Notes: generated by a model from the letters alone, not told the origin. Counted from the first letter of the stretch, positions 1 to 14,893 are shown. The stretch: 64,000 nt of DNA from Octopus sinensis (GCF_006345805.1 NC_043005.1:65658001-65722000), one strand, 5' to 3'. Numbers and translations are program-made.

Positions 1-231
1 TTTTAAAATCCACAATCAATCTTTTAAAATCCAAAGACTTTAAAGTTCTCAATACTGTATGTCTGGTTACGCTAGTAATAGAGTGAATATTACTGAAGTG
101 ATGGACATAGAAGGACTAAAAGTGAAAGACTACAGCATGAAAGTAGGTCAGGGAATTACGGATTGAATCAAAACAATAATAATACGCACCTACTCCCCCA
201 CCCACCCACACATACACACATATATTATTAT

Positions 232-273
<42 letters not shown>

Positions 274-284
274 GTATATATATA

Positions 285-323
<39 letters not shown>

Positions 324-586
324 TATATATACCAAAAATTAATTTACGAAGGTGTTATTATTCTATTATTATCAATAACTATTTATTTTAGCAATGCAGA
401 AACCGGTCCACGTGAGTCCAATTACTTAAATGTATCTTAGTAGATTATCTTAACCTGATTTTGCCTTCGTTGATTTCTGTAGTTTCAATCAGTGTATTTT
501 TGGCGATTTAATAAGAGTTTTGACTGTTATTTCAAGCAGGTAGAACATACTTAGTATGTCCTTTGATTAATTTTATATTATATATA

Positions 587-650
<64 letters not shown>

Positions 651-673
651 ATATATTATATATACTATATATA

Positions 674-717
<44 letters not shown>

Positions 718-787
718 CATACATATATACATATATATATATGTATACATACACACACACACACATGTATATATAATATATATATAT

Positions 788-1234
788 TCTCTTTTACTCT
801 TTTACTTGTTTCAGTCATTTGACTGTGGCCATGCTGGAGCACCGCCTTTAGTCGAGCACATCAACCCCAGAACTTATTCTTTGTAAGCCTAGTACTTATT
901 CTGCCGGTCTCTTTTGCCGAACCTCTAAGTAACGGGGGACTAAACACACCATCATCGGTTGTCAAACGATGTTGGGGGTGGGACAAACGCAGACACGTAA
1001 ACATATAAACACACACATATATATATATATACATACATACATACACATATATATATATATATATACATACATATATACGACAGGCTTCGTTCAGTTTCCG
1101 TCTACCAAATCCACTCACAAGGATTTGGTTGGCCCGAGGCTATAGTAGAAGCCACTTGCCCAAGGTGCCACGCAGTGGGACTGAACCGGAACCATGTAGT
1201 TCATAAGCAAGCTACTTACCACACCAGCCATTCC
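788..1234 (-). mobile_element. SINE family B (tRNA-like head, internal TA/CA microsatellite)
   Basis: Reverse complement of the 51096 copy, with head tggctg...ggtaagtagcttgc, the caccttgggcaagtg core and an (AGTAAAAG)n tail. Confidence 0.85.
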
Positions 1235-1244
1235 TATATATATA

Positions 1245-1309
<65 letters not shown>

Positions 1310-1342
1310 TATAATATATATATATATAATATATATATATAT

Positions 1343-1376
<34 letters not shown>

Positions 1377-2044
1377 ATAATATTATATACATACATACAT
1401 ATATGTATATACACACACCATATATATGTGTGTATGTATATGTTTGCATGAGCACATGCGCATATGCTTGTCATATTTGTTGTACTACTTGAAAGCATCC
1501 ACGTATTCGACAGGCAGACAGGAGACATGTTTCACCGTTATGATTTAAAACCATATGTATGTAACAAATTATTTTCTTTTAATTTCTCAAAATCTTAAAT
1601 TTTGAATTTTTTTATGAATCGCTCCCTTTGCAGTTAAATTCGTTGATTTCATCGCATAATGAAATGTACCAGTCGTGTTCAATACGTCCAAACTTACACA
1701 CACTTAGTCCCAACACACCTGCAACGTGTGTGTATATACGTATGTATATATGTATGTATGTATGTATCTCTTTGTGGGTATGTATACGTATGTGTGTGTT
1801 ACGTGTGTGTGTACGCGCGTGTATGTGAGTGGGTATGCATATTTATGAATGTATATATATATATATATATACACACACACATATGTATGCATGCATGTAT
1901 ACATGCTTATGTGTGTATATATATATTTATACACACAGAGACACACACACATACATATATATATATAATTGAACATATATGTATATACACACACATATAT
2001 ATATATATACATACATATATATATAAGTGTACAAATATATATAT

Positions 2045-2078
<34 letters not shown>

Positions 2079-2121
2079 TACACATTTATAATATGCATAC
2101 ACACTCACATACATATATAAT

Positions 2122-2156
<35 letters not shown>

Positions 2157-2187
2157 GCATACATACATACATACATACATACATACA

Positions 2188-2223
<36 letters not shown>

Positions 2224-2484
2224 TATATAATTGAACATATATGTATATATGTGTATTGTTGCATATGTCTGTATATTAATGTGTATACACGCACAAGTAC
2301 ATCTTGTAAAATATATACATGCGCATAGAAACGGAAATGAACGAAACACTCATCTACTGAATAACTTTCATGACTCTATAAAGACTCGATACTGTAAAAA
2401 GATATTTATATTCACGCTCTGAGTGTTACTACATATATGCTACACTAAATCCATATGTAATACGACATAATACAATATTTGCCT

Positions 2485-2680
<196 letters not shown>

Positions 2681-3052
2681 GTTCAAAGAGAGAGGGAGAG
2701 ATTTAAAGGGAGAATGATACAGATATCTGTGTGTGTTTATGTATGTGTGTATTTCTGTATACATACATAAACACACGCACGCACACACATTCACACACAC
2801 ATACACACATACACACACACATACACACATACACACAAATGAAACCACGGCAGATGCTTCTCATTTTCCTTGCATGAGATAAACTTCCCAAAATGTTACG
2901 AAATAAGACATAATGTGCCGTGTCCTTAAAGGAGGATGCAGAGCAGACATTGAAAATTAAGTAGTTGTAATAGAACAGAATATGATCAGGCAATCGCAAA
3001 GCATCAAGCCATTTAATAAAATGCTGTATTTAGGAGTTGCCATGTATATAGG

Positions 3053-3224
3053 AGCTGGAGTGGCTGTGTGGTAAGTAGCTTGCTTACCAACCACATGGTT
3101 CCGAGTTCAGTCCCACTGCGTGGCACCTTGAGTGAGTGTCTTCTACTATAACCTCGGCTCGACCAAAGCCTTGTGAGTGGATTTGGTGGACGGAAACTGA
3201 AAGAAGCCCGTCGTATATATATAT
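3053..3224 (+). mobile_element. SINE family B, 5' half
   Basis: Head and core are present up to the internal (TA)n. The 3' half is missing. Confidence 0.8.
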
Positions 3225-3299
3225 TGGTTATTATTATTATTTAATTGAACGCCACACATCCATTTCCAAGTAAGCTTATCTTCACCTTTTTGATGCGAT

Positions 3300-3900
3300 T
3301 CTACTCTAGATGAAAAAGTGGTAGTCGATGGGAGAAAGGTCTGGGGAATACGTTCGGTGGGGAAGGACTTCGTAGCCAAGTTCCCTCAACTTCTGGCGCT
3401 TCATTAGTGAAACGCGTGATCGAGTATTGTCATGAAGAATGATTGGACCTCTTCTGTTGACCAGCCTGGGATGGAGGAGTAGCAGTTTTTCGTTCACTTT
3501 GGCAATTTCATGGCAATATGTTTCTGCAGTAATGGTTTTTTTCCGGGTTTTAAGAAATTATAGTAGATGTGTCACCAAACAGTCACCATAACCTTCTTTT
3601 TGAAGAGCTCGGGCTTAGGGAAGGTCTTCGGTACTTCACTTTGGTCCAACCACTGCGAAGAATGTTTTTTTATTATTGTACAGGATCCACTTTCCATCGC
3701 AGGTTACAATACGGTCGAGAAATGGATCGGTCTGATTTCAGAGAAGAAGCGACGAGCAAATTTCATATCTGCGCATTTTCTGATTTTCATTCAAATCGTG
3801 TGGTACCCATTTGTCGAGCTTTTTTTGATTTTCCGATCGCATGCAAATGGTTGCAGTTAGTTTTCTGTCTAACTTGAAGTTCTTTTGTCAGTTCTCGAGT
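3300..3900 (-). mobile_element. Mariner transposase fragment, frameshifted
   Basis: IILHDNTRSR...YEVLPHRTYSPDLSPIDYHFF and RIVTCD-KWILY match the mariner D,D34D motifs (HDNARPH, YSPDLAPSDY). Confidence 0.85.
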
Positions 3901-4399
3901 GGTTTTACGTGGATATCATTACTGGGGACAATATCAATTCCTGACTCTTCCAATTTTCCAATTTTGGTTACAATTAGTTTCCTAGTTTTGGAATAATTTC
4001 GTGACAGACAAGGTGAAGGTCCTGCATTGCTGTAGTATATACATGAGCGACAATTTTTACTCTCTTTAGTTTTGATACCAATTCTGCTTCAAACTGGTGA
4101 TGTATAATTAATCTTGATTGCCCACTCTCTATGCAATCCATTTCATTAAATACAATTTGAAAATTAATTTATTCAGACTTCCCTTAAACTTTGCACGTGA
4201 AAAAAATTTTTAACACAATGAAATCCCTTTGATTTATTATCCTTGTAGGTGTTTCAGTTGCTGAACTATGACACTTAAGCCATTTGTTTAGATAGTCGTC
4301 TGATTTGAAGATTAAAATTGGAGGACCATGAAGTTTGATAAACATGAGATTGTTCACATGGTTGGTTAACTAACTGTCTAGACGTCATTTCTACCGTGA

Positions 4400-6400
4400 T
4401 AAGATTCATCCTACATGACCCTCGTTCGCAACATGATAAGCTACGTTGAATTTCTTTTAAACATCTTTATAAATGTTTCGAGTCTTGCGAAATGTCACCC
4501 ACCTAGAGAGTTTCTGTAATTCTATTTTCCTTTTCTTACTGCCATTTACTCACTCTCTATTGTTTGACAGCATTCTACATCGACATTATTTCCTTAGTGT
4601 GACAACAAACAAAACTATATTGCTAATTATAAGTGGGTAATTATGACAATGATATAATATTCGTAGTTTGAGCTTTTAAGTCATCTCTGGTCAACGATCC
4701 TAAACTGTTTGCAATAAACTTGTGAATGTTTGCTATTATCTTAGAACACTTTTGAATACGGGCCATCCGATAAATTTTTTATTCCAAAATCCAAACAAAT
4801 CAAGAAATTAAAAGTTTAAATTTAATTCATCATCTTTTAGTCTTAATAATAGCCATGCTTTACATATGTTTTACAATGATATCAAAGTTTTCATGAACTG
4901 CTTTCACAATCTCTATCCAGGATCTCTATCAAGCTTCAGTTTCAGATTTGATAACTATTGATATATTTCATCTAACAGTGTGCTGAGCGATTGAATGACA
5001 CCGGAAAAATTGCCATCAACACATCATAGTTAGTACCACGGATTCCAACCAAATTGAGAAAATGATTATGGCAGTTTACAAAATTAACAGCTGTCTTTTT
5101 CATTATTCCCTTGTTGAATCACTTCTATCATATTTTCGGTATCCTTGCGTTTTAGTCAGATAAACTCTGGGAAAGACACTTGTTCAAAAAGGTTGCCTCC
5201 TTAAAATCAATATGAATTTAACGAACTTGCCACATACTATCGATACGATTGATCTTGAGTAGAGTTAAACAGGAGGCCAGAATATTTGGCCATATTTGGC
5301 CATAACAAGGAGTATTTTGAAATGCTAAGTAATTGTTTGTGGGGAACTTCAGAAGCGATCAGCTGAGTATATTCATTTAATTCTAACGGAGAAATTATGG
5401 TATTCTTCCTACTCTATTGAGAAGCACTTCTCTGAAATCAAACCTTGCCAATGATTCTAGTAACCCCGGTTTCCTGCTATAATTCAACTAATTGTTTTCT
5501 TGATACTGTCAATACAATTCTGTCACCAACGCAGTGCAAGGTTTTGCTAAATTTTCATATAATCAGGAACTCTGTGGAGAAGATCTCTCCATTCTCTATG
5601 AAATTTATCTTGATGCTCTATATTAATGATGCCATTATTTTCTAAGAAAATTTCTATGGCCCTGATTTTAAAGATACTTCAGACTGAATGTATATATTTC
5701 TGCCTACAGGGTATCTGAGAAAATTTTTTTTTTAATATTTTTACAGACTCCAGGGAACCTAGGTTGTGGTACAGAATCGCATCTCATATAGGCTGAGCTG
5801 TTTTCTTGTATTTTTTTTTATTCAAAAGTTTTGTATTTTCTGCTTCTTAAGAATACACCTGGTTCTTGAAGGACGTTCAATCTGATACATCGGTGGGTTG
5901 GTTTATATTCATTTTTGTTGCAGTTAGTACCGATGAAAGAATGTGTTGTTCAAGTGCAAAAAAATTGATTTTTTATTTTTATTTTTTAGCTTCTGTTTCT
6001 TGTTTTTTTTTCCTTTTATTCTTCTCTTCTGCCTCACTCAGTTGAATAAAAGAAAAAGATTACACTCTTTGATATCTATAGGAAAAATATCTCTCATATA
6101 ACCACATTAGGTTTCTGGCGCTTATATCAATTGATCCACCAATTAACAAGGAGTATTTTGACATTTTAAGGTCAACTAACTTCTTATGCAAAACCAAGGC
6201 AATAATATTGTTTATTAAAATAACGCTTTTTGCTCGATGCAAATTAACGTTTTCAAACACATTTCTTTACTGCAATTTGTTTTTAGATAGATTTCTTGAT
6301 CTACAGATTGAACACTATGGTAAGGTGCTGTTTGTACCCTAAATTAATTTCGAAATTTTCACTTCTGTATCTTGTGCTCAAGATTTTGCAAATATATTAG
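4400..6400 (-). mobile_element. Degenerate hAT-like transposase
   Basis: YSLLIGGSIDISARNLMWLYERYF resembles the hAT F/YSL..DESTD.S...L...VRY motif. Traces of the C-terminal dimerisation motif lie near 4550-4620. Many stops, and no TIRs were found. Confidence 0.5.
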
Positions 6401-7096
6401 CTTTCTTTCTATATTTTGCAGATTTTTGATGGTCATTTCGAGTAGATTAACGGACGTTTGTTTGTACAGTTACTACACTTACATACTAAACTATTATTAT
6501 TCCACAAAAGCTATTAAGCTTTGCAAAATATTCTGATGGAAGTGAGTGTAAGTCATGTTTTCTTTGACTGTGAGAAGCTGTCAGATATTTATGGGATCTT
6601 CCTTGGCTCTCAAGATCCCAACCAATGTGCACCATACACAGCTTATAGGTCACGACTTCAGTTTAAAGAGAAGAATACCGTATGATATATCTGCGTTATA
6701 CAAGCATACGTTGTCTGAAGCAACACCATTGACTTTAAGCTAGCAGGATCAAGGTTGCTATGAAGCTAAAACACTAATAAAAACCAACGTTGAGTTGGAT
6801 TATTTAGATGAATATAAAAGACGTAATGCTTGAAACCTTCATTGAGAAATCTTAGGTAAATATAAACAGGTGGTTATTAACTTTAACACGATCATTACTT
6901 GGTAGTAACCACTTGGCCTGTTAAAAAGTAGGTAGTCAAGGAAGTGCATTTCAAATGGTAAATAGTATTTACCAAATGAAGCAAAATCTATTGGATCAAT
7001 GTTGTACATAGTGCCGAAATCTGGACTTGAATCATACAATAACATTTAAATCTTACTTATTCATAAAGTTTGAAAAGAACAACATCTATATGTATA

Positions 7097-7132
<36 letters not shown>

Positions 7133-7794
7133 ACAGGACGTGCATGCGCACATATACACAGATACACAGGTACATAGATGTGTGTGTGTGTGTACTTATA
7201 TATGTATATATACATACATATGTGTGTGCGCGTGCATGTAAGAGTATGTTTGTATGTGTGTTAGTATATATGTATATATGTGAGTTGAAAAATCAGAAAA
7301 TTATCGTTTCTGATAGGTAAGGGGCATTTTTTAATATTGGACGTGAAATTTTGCGCACGCATGTATGTGAGCGAGCGAGGAAAAAGACAACACCATTCCA
7401 GAGCCAAAAATGGACTAGGCCATCACTTGAGATGAAAAAGAGGAAACTTCAACGTAATGTGAAAATGCTTCAAAATCCGGATGCCTCTGTTTATAATGTT
7501 AGTGGCCTAGCTGCAGCAAAGAGAATTGAAGCTATCATTGAGTCTTTTTGGTATATACTTTTTGCATAATTTGCATGGAAGTTTAAAATTCCATTTTGAT
7601 AGCCCGAGGAGTAGCTTTAACCGTTTGTTCAGTTCTTCCCCCAAAGAATTTTAATTCCCAAGAATTACTTTAGTTTTTCTGCAGCCATCAACTTGCAAGT
7701 GGTCAAAGTAAATAAGAACCGTATCAGTTTCACCGGTCTCCGAGGCCATGCGATGATTATTAGTTCTTGATAATGCTAATTAATGGCCAGGCTA

Positions 7795-8050
7795 GGGGTT
7801 GTTTTTGCTTCCTATTTAGCAACTGGTGTTTAGACGTGAAAATATGGAATATTTCTTCTGTACACAAATTGCATCTTTTTCCCAGATTACATAAGGTTGT
7901 GCTTCACCCATCATTTCTCATTCTATATTAAAGTTAGTGTTATCATTAAAGGGCCGGATAAACGCTCTTAAGCTCCTGCTATGCATTTTCCTGCTATCTC
8001 TAAAGAGGGCTAAATGACTTGCCAGTCTCGCCTTGAAATTCGTCTAGCAT
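7795..8050 (-). mobile_element. Duplicate of the Penelope-like endonuclease 3' end
   Basis: Near-identical direct repeat of 8721-8976 (offset 926). Confidence 0.75.
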
Positions 8051-8251
8051 CAGCACTTGTGACTAATACAATGAAAAAATAACTCTATCTACGTTTGATA
8101 GGGATATATATGCTGTATGAGTTGGAGGTTGTTGAGAGTGGATCTTACTGCAATTTTAGAAGTATGCTCAAGGGTCATTACCGAACACTTTGCTAGCACC
8201 TTAAACATTATCACCGAATTAAGCAGAATTAAGACTTTAAATTATATATTA

Positions 8252-8505
8252 CTAGCAAACCCGTGCAACCCGTGCAGTCAAAAATACTGTCAGTTCTATT
8301 AATAATAGAAACTGGTGCATCAAAACAATGAAAGAAACCATTGATGAAGGTCAGCAATCGAGTAAATATATGTACACACACAGAATCGAAGCACTTAAAT
8401 AAATGATTTTAATAACCTTCATTGAAATATAATCGTCCACGTAATATATATATATATTTGCCGAACCGTTAACTTACAGGGATGTAACAGAGACAAAGAC
8501 AAAGA

Positions 8506-8548
<43 letters not shown>

Positions 8549-8566
8549 TGGTTTTGTCATTCTAGA
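8252..8566 (-). mobile_element. Short non-autonomous Helitron-like element
   Basis: The minus strand reads A|TCTAGAATGAC...gcacgggttgcacgggtttgCTAG|T, giving TC/CTAG termini at an AT site. Confidence 0.4.
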
Positions 8567-8649
8567 TATGTAGTAAGTATTTTCATATATGGAGTTTTAC
8601 TACTTGATATAGGCAATTTAGATATTACATTTGCAGTGTTATATCAAGC

Positions 8650-9900
8650 ATCTCCTATTAATTGGAAATCCTTTCAATGGAGATATTTGAATACTTTTCT
8701 GTAAATGTGCGGACACCTTCGGGGTTGTTTTTGCTTCCTATTTAGCAACTGGTGTTTAGACGTGAAAATATGGAATATTTCTTCTGTACACAAATTGCAT
8801 CTTTTTCCCCGATTACATAAAGTTGTGCATCACCCATCATTTCTCATTCTATATTAAAGTTAGTGTTATCATTAAAGGACCGGATAAACGCTCTTAAGCT
8901 CGTGCTATGCATTTTCCTGCTATTTCTAAATAAGGCTAAATGACTTGCCAGTCTCGCCTTGTAATTCGTCTAACATGCCCAATATAGTTGGGCGAAATCC
9001 ACCTGATGTAACCTTACACCTGTATACTATATTTTTCGCTAGACATTGAGCGTTTTGGGACAGATTTTTTCTTGTCCAGCTACAAAGATTTTTATCGATA
9101 GCAACCCTGCTTGTGTTAATAGGACCAGAATTAGATACCTCCTCTGTTTTTCTACCTACAGATCAACTAGTGTTTATATTTCGTCTATAGACGTGTGTTT
9201 CTGCTTTATGTTGTCTACGGTTAACTATTTCTGGGTCAGCTACGCTAGAAATTGTACCGGTTGTCTCCCTTCTATTGCTCTCCTCTATTTTGGTATACGT
9301 TTCTCTGTCAATGCTTGTAAGTCTTCTATTCAAAATTTCCCTGGATTGATTATCTACCCTTTCAGTTCGATGTGCGTGATTGTTATCATTATGAATATTC
9401 TTATTATTATTTTTACTACCTATTTTACTTCGTTTTCTTTTTTCTATGGAATTCAGACATTCTCATAGTGATATGCTTCGCTATAATCTGCAAATGGAGA
9501 ATGCTACTCTAATAGCATGCCAGTTAATGATTCTATGGTATTTATTCGATTTTGAAAAATGTCAATCTATAGAGATGAAAACTTTCGCCAGAGAATTAGT
9601 AGCTATTTGCCTTCTTAATGCATTATAACATAGTATAGCCCTCGATTTATTTGTTCTTTTGTTGGGGTCATTGATATTATTGAAAGTTGGCTTAGTTTTG
9701 TGAAGATGATCCATTTTCTAGGGGGTTTATCCACAAAAGTATTATAATAATTACTTATATTAGCAATACTTGGTGTATTTGTTTCGTAATGGGATCGTTC
9801 CTATTTTTGATGCCTGCCCTAGTATTGCTTAGGATAGACATCATAATAGAACAAGGCCAAGTTATTTATCAATTGAGAGTATTTTCATTTAACTTCAGTT
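8650..9900 (-). mobile_element. Penelope-like retroelement, 3' fragment (GIY-YIG endonuclease), degenerate
   Basis: Minus-strand peptides ID-HFSKSNKYHRIINWHAIRVAFS, CLAKNIVYRCKV and YKARLASH...CNLCTEEIFHI...LLNR match Penelope linker and GIY-YIG motifs. Confidence 0.75.
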
Positions 9901-9955
9901 CAGCTGCATATTTATTTGTATATCTATAAATATATCTCTTTATCTGCATACTCAT

Positions 9956-9987
<32 letters not shown>

Positions 9988-10407
9988 TATATCTATATGT
10001 ATGTCTGTCTGTTCGTTTATCTGTCTATCTATCTGTCTGCCTATTTATTTATCTATCGATCTATCTATGTAAATTTCCTTGTATATCTCTCTACTCTCAT
10101 AATACCGATATGCATTTAAACCAAATAACAAAACAAAAATGAATAATGACGGTACCCCAGCATGCCCTAGGCCTTTGGTTTGGATCTCATAAGACATGAA
10201 CGTATAACATTCACAGCAATTTGCTAAGATTACTTCATTTTAATTTTCTATCGATGTATCTTTTAATGCAAAAATTTATAGATATTCATATTTTTTTTAT
10301 TATGTTGAACATCCCGGCTATGCCTGCGATTTAAAACACAAATGCAAAATATTACAAACCTTCACCTCTTTTACTCTTAGTCTCTTCTTCTTCCGATGTG
10401 TGTGTGC

Positions 10408-10467
<60 letters not shown>

Positions 10468-10481
10468 CTCCATGCACATTT

Positions 10482-10685
10482 TGGCAGAAGGCCAGCAAAT
10501 CCAGGTGAGGAAGTAGGTCGATTACATCGACCCCCATTGTTCAACTGGTACTTATTTTATCCACCCCGAAGAGATGAAAGTCAAAGTCAACCCATGCGGA
10601 ATTTGAACTCAGAATGTAAAGGCGGACGAAATGCCGTCAAGCATTTTGCTCAGCATACTGACGATTCTACTAGATCTCTGCCTTA
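10482..10685 (-). mobile_element. SINE family C
   Basis: Carries the reverse complement of the gttctgagttcaaattcc...gactttcatc...aagtaccag core. Confidence 0.8.
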
Positions 10686-10710
10686 ACTTGTAGAATAATA
10701 TCATAAATAA

Positions 10711-13339
10711 CTAGTTGAATTACCCGGCGTTGCCCGGGTTAGTGTTGTTTTTATTCAGATTAGTAAACAATAACTATAAAGATATATTTTCATAATTACT
10801 TCAAAACATCTATATTTTATTTTTAAATATCCAAATTGTAATGATAATAGACTTTTGATCTGAAAATCTGTCAATGTGAAGCACCTCAGGGTAAACAGTA
10901 TTGATTGTGCAATTTTTTGTTGGTATTTTTTTGTCGTAATGAATAAATTGTTGCTGCTTCCAAGTCGCAAGCAACCAGCATAGAGTCGGCCGTGGGAGAA
11001 GCGTCGTGTAGTAGAGAGATCAAGTCCAACTATCTTGAGGGATTGACTCTGAGATTTATTAATTGAAATACCAAAATTTAATTTGACTGGAAACTGAAGC
11101 GTCTTAAATTCAGATGGAACATCTGTAGGTATGAGAGGAATTTTTGGAATAAAGACATTATCTCCTTTGTGACTACCTGTTTTGATTGTTGCCTGTAGGA
11201 TATGGGGCTTCTTTGAAGTAACAATTAAGCGAGTTGTGGAAGCACTCCGTCGGTTACGACGATGAGGGTTCCGGTTGATCCGAATCAACGGAGCAGCCTG
11301 CTCGTGAAATTAACGTGTAAGTGGCTGAGCACTCCACAGACACGTGCACCCTTAACGTAGTTCTCGGGGATATTCAGCGTGACACAGAGAGTGACAAGGC
11401 CGGCCCTTTGAAATACAGGTACAACAGAAACAGGAAGTAAGAGTGAGAGAAAGATGTGGTGAAAGAGTACAGCAGGGATCACCACCATCCCCTGCCGGAG
11501 CCTCGTGGAGCTTTAGGTGTTTTCGCTCAATAAACACTCACAACGCCCGGTCTGGGAATCGAAACCGCGATCCTATGACCGCGAGTCCGCTGCCCTAACC
11601 ACTGGGCCATTGCGCCTCCAAAGCGAGTTATACTACACAGGTGAGATGGATCAAGATTCCTAAACAACATAATGGGAGCATCCAGTTTTGGTGTCAAGGT
11701 ATGCGGTGGCATCCCAGTGGGTTTCAGTGTGTTCCGAAATCCAACAGGGTATTGAGCAACCTGATCTTCATCGACTGTTGTCAATTGACGAAAAGTCATT
11801 TCTGATGTATCTGCTTAACATTTGAAGAAGTTCATTATGGAGTTTATCAACCATTTTATTAGTTGGAGCCAGTATAGCTCTTTCATATAGCCAGTTTACA
11901 TCAGTGTAATTGACAGATAAATTATGAAATACTTTATCCATAAGATCCTTAAGAGAAAGTATCATTTGATCGCATGTAATTTCATGTAGCTGAAGCCTTG
12001 AGTTGAATGTTAATATCCCATTACCAATCTTAAGAAGCTCGTATGATCACCTTCTAGAAGTACTCTCATGTTGCTTATAAGATGAAGTTTTTTCACATGT
12101 CTCAAAAGGTACGATTTTTGTAAGCATGCATTGACCTCATCAGCTTTTGACTCTTTCGAGATAACTGACAACGTTTGACGAAAATCTCCAGCGAGAAGAA
12201 CTGTTACTCCTCCCATGAGCGTGCTACTGTTTTTTTTATGTCTTGGAGGATATGGTCAAGTATCTCTAGAGCTCCACGATGTGACATAGTACACTCATGC
12301 CAAACAATGAGGTAAGTTTGTTGAAGAACTGTTGCCATTGTAGAGATTTTGGGAAATGTTGCACATTCGAGATTCTGTGATTGCAAGGTTTAGAAGGAGC
12401 TTGAACATGGAATGAGCAGTTCTTTCCCCATTGAGGAGGGTGGCTGCAATATCAGAAAATGCAACACTAGAAGAAGGCTTGATTTTATTTCCTCCCATTT
12501 AGGATTACAGGGGAAAATGAGAAAAGGATCTGGTTTTCCATATGTCCTGACATATGTCATGGCATCTTGTGTTCGCGCATATATCGAGGATGATGTGTGG
12601 ATTATAAGTTGCCCCATGTTTTGAATATCACCATCTGTCCTCAGAGGATCTTGAAACTGGATATAATTTTTAACCCTTAACATTTTTTTGATTGTTACGA
12701 ATATAGAGGGGACGCTGATTCTCAACTTTAACATACATATCAACCAGGTATTACTGAAATAGATCACGATGCATGTGTAATTGATTTGATTGTTCTGGTC
12801 TTAACATCAGTTAGAAGTCATTTGGCGACACATTTTTGTTTGTAATTAGCTCTCCTGTTGCAGGTTCTATTTTTGGAATATTGAAATGATATCCATCTTG
12901 TCCATTCCGCAGAATAAGAGGATACTGGAAAGCATCATAAGAGGAATGAGTCTCTGAAACACGTTTGAAGTTGTTATCTCGAGCACGAATGAGATTATCA
13001 CGATTTTCATGGAAATCACCAATCATAAGGATGTCAACTTCATTAGATGTAGGTTTATTAAAACGGCTAAAAATGTCCTTTACTATAGACGTAACGAACT
13101 CGGAAAACCACACACACTCACAGACACAGACACTCTCATTCACATATGCATATGTATGTGTAGATGTGTGTGTTTAATTGTCTGAGGCCTAACGTATAAA
13201 CATTATCACACATATAGTCACACATACATACAGTCTGACATACGCTCACACACATATATTAAGACAGACACAGAGATACATACATTCACGCACACCTCAG
13301 GCGTATCTCTGTCCCTCAGTGTGTTTGTTTCTCTCTCTT

Positions 13340-13379
<40 letters not shown>

Positions 13380-13583
13380 TGTGTGTCAGTTGTCACGAAA
13401 ATGTATGCATATTCCGACATACATACATCGTCACATTCACACACATATAATACTCAGTCATCAGCCTAAAGTACGTAACGAATGCGCAAACATACACACA
13501 CTCATAGACACATAAACACTCGTGTAGAAAATGTGACGTCGTCGTCGTCGTTGTGGTTGTATAAAATGTCATTTATAGAAAGA
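10711..13583 (-). mobile_element. Helitron with internally deleted Rep/Pif1-helicase gene
   Basis: 5' end A|TCTTTCTATAAATGAC; 3' hairpin CCCGG-GCAACG-CCGGG followed by CTAG|T. Peptides include YDAFQYPL, YGKPDPFLIFPCNPKWEEI, IAATLLNGERTAHSMFKL, LLAGDFRQTL, RAILAPTN and FPVKLNFGISINKSQSQSL. Stops and frameshifts are present. Confidence 0.9.
11238..11619 (-). mobile_element. SINE family A (tRNA-Arg-like head), nested in the Helitron
   Basis: A box TGGCCCAGTGG and B box GGTTTCGATTCC. A 9-bp TSD AAGCGAGTT lies at 11227-11235 and 11621-11629, splitting the helicase ...TR-L... codons. Confidence 0.92.
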
Positions 13584-13607
13584 TTATAATGTTAAATTCT
13601 TGTAACG

Positions 13608-13646
<39 letters not shown>

Positions 13647-13681
13647 AGTTTTCGAATGCATATGGAACATACGCACGCACA

Positions 13682-13729
<48 letters not shown>

Positions 13730-14306
13730 CTCCTTTACATATTAAGAGACTTTGACGCCAAATTGAAATGTGTTAAAAAGAAAACCTAAACACATAACGA
13801 AGTAAGTCGTTCACTTTTAAAGATTCGTAGTTTAAAATTGTATCATTATCATTAGGTGCGATTTTTGGGACTCTGGAAAACTTCAACCTTTTGCAATGTG
13901 TAGTATCGCCTGATTATGGTAAAGATGCAGTTTTAATGAGAAACTTAAAGATTTAGATCAGTCGGAAACTTCGAACAAAATTTACTTTCGGCACTCGGGA
14001 TGGTCAGGAGGTTATTGGCTTCAATCACATCAATTGGCGGAAACTAGAACTGCTGTTTAAGATAAGATAGAAAGATTAGTCTCTTTTTTGAGACTTGGGT
14101 TTGAAAAGTATTCTGGAAAAGGGAGAAAAGGTACACTTTCACTGATACACTTTCACTGACGGTTCGAGATTAAGTGACAGTCAACACGTTACCTTAAGGA
14201 GAGTGGGTCCCGATTGCAGTTGAGTGGCAGGTTTTCAGATTTTCACGGATAATAGTTGAATTTTAGTCGAACGATTGACTGCAGTACTTATTTTTTTAAA
14301 GCTTCG

Positions 14307-14612
14307 AACTTATTCAATCGGTCTCTTTCGGCGAACCGCTAAGACACGGGAACCTAAACACACCAGCACCAGTTGTCAAGCGGTGGTAAAGGACAAACAC
14401 TAACACAAAAACACACACATCCACACAAACACACACACAAATACAAGCACACACACACACATATACGAAAAACTTCTTTCGGTTTACGTCTCCCAAATCC
14501 ACTCACAATGCTTTGCTCGGCTTGAGGCTAGAGAAGACGATACCTGTCCAAGGTACCATGCAGTGGGGATGAACCCTGAACTATGCGGTCGGACAGCAAA
14601 TTTCTTGCCACA
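14307..14612 (-). mobile_element. SINE family B, diverged
   Basis: Homologous to the other B copies across head, core and (CA)n. Confidence 0.75.
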
Positions 14613-14725
14613 ATTTTTTAACTTTTCGTTTTGAGATCTACTGTCCTTGGTCAAAGAGAATCCTTGTACATGACGGTAGCTTTCTCTATGTGTAGCAGCC
14701 TTTTAAAGCATGCTGTATAGCATCT

Positions 14726-14772
<47 letters not shown>

Positions 14773-14791
14773 GTGGTGATGATGATGGTGG

Positions 14792-14837
<46 letters not shown>

Positions 14838-14848
14838 AATGGTGGTGG

Positions 14849-14893
<45 letters not shown>

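Noticed and set aside
6839-7045. Transposase-like peptide FGKYYLPFEMHFLDYLLFNRPSGY
   Set aside because: It looks protein-derived but I could not assign it to a family, and it has no splice or start context.
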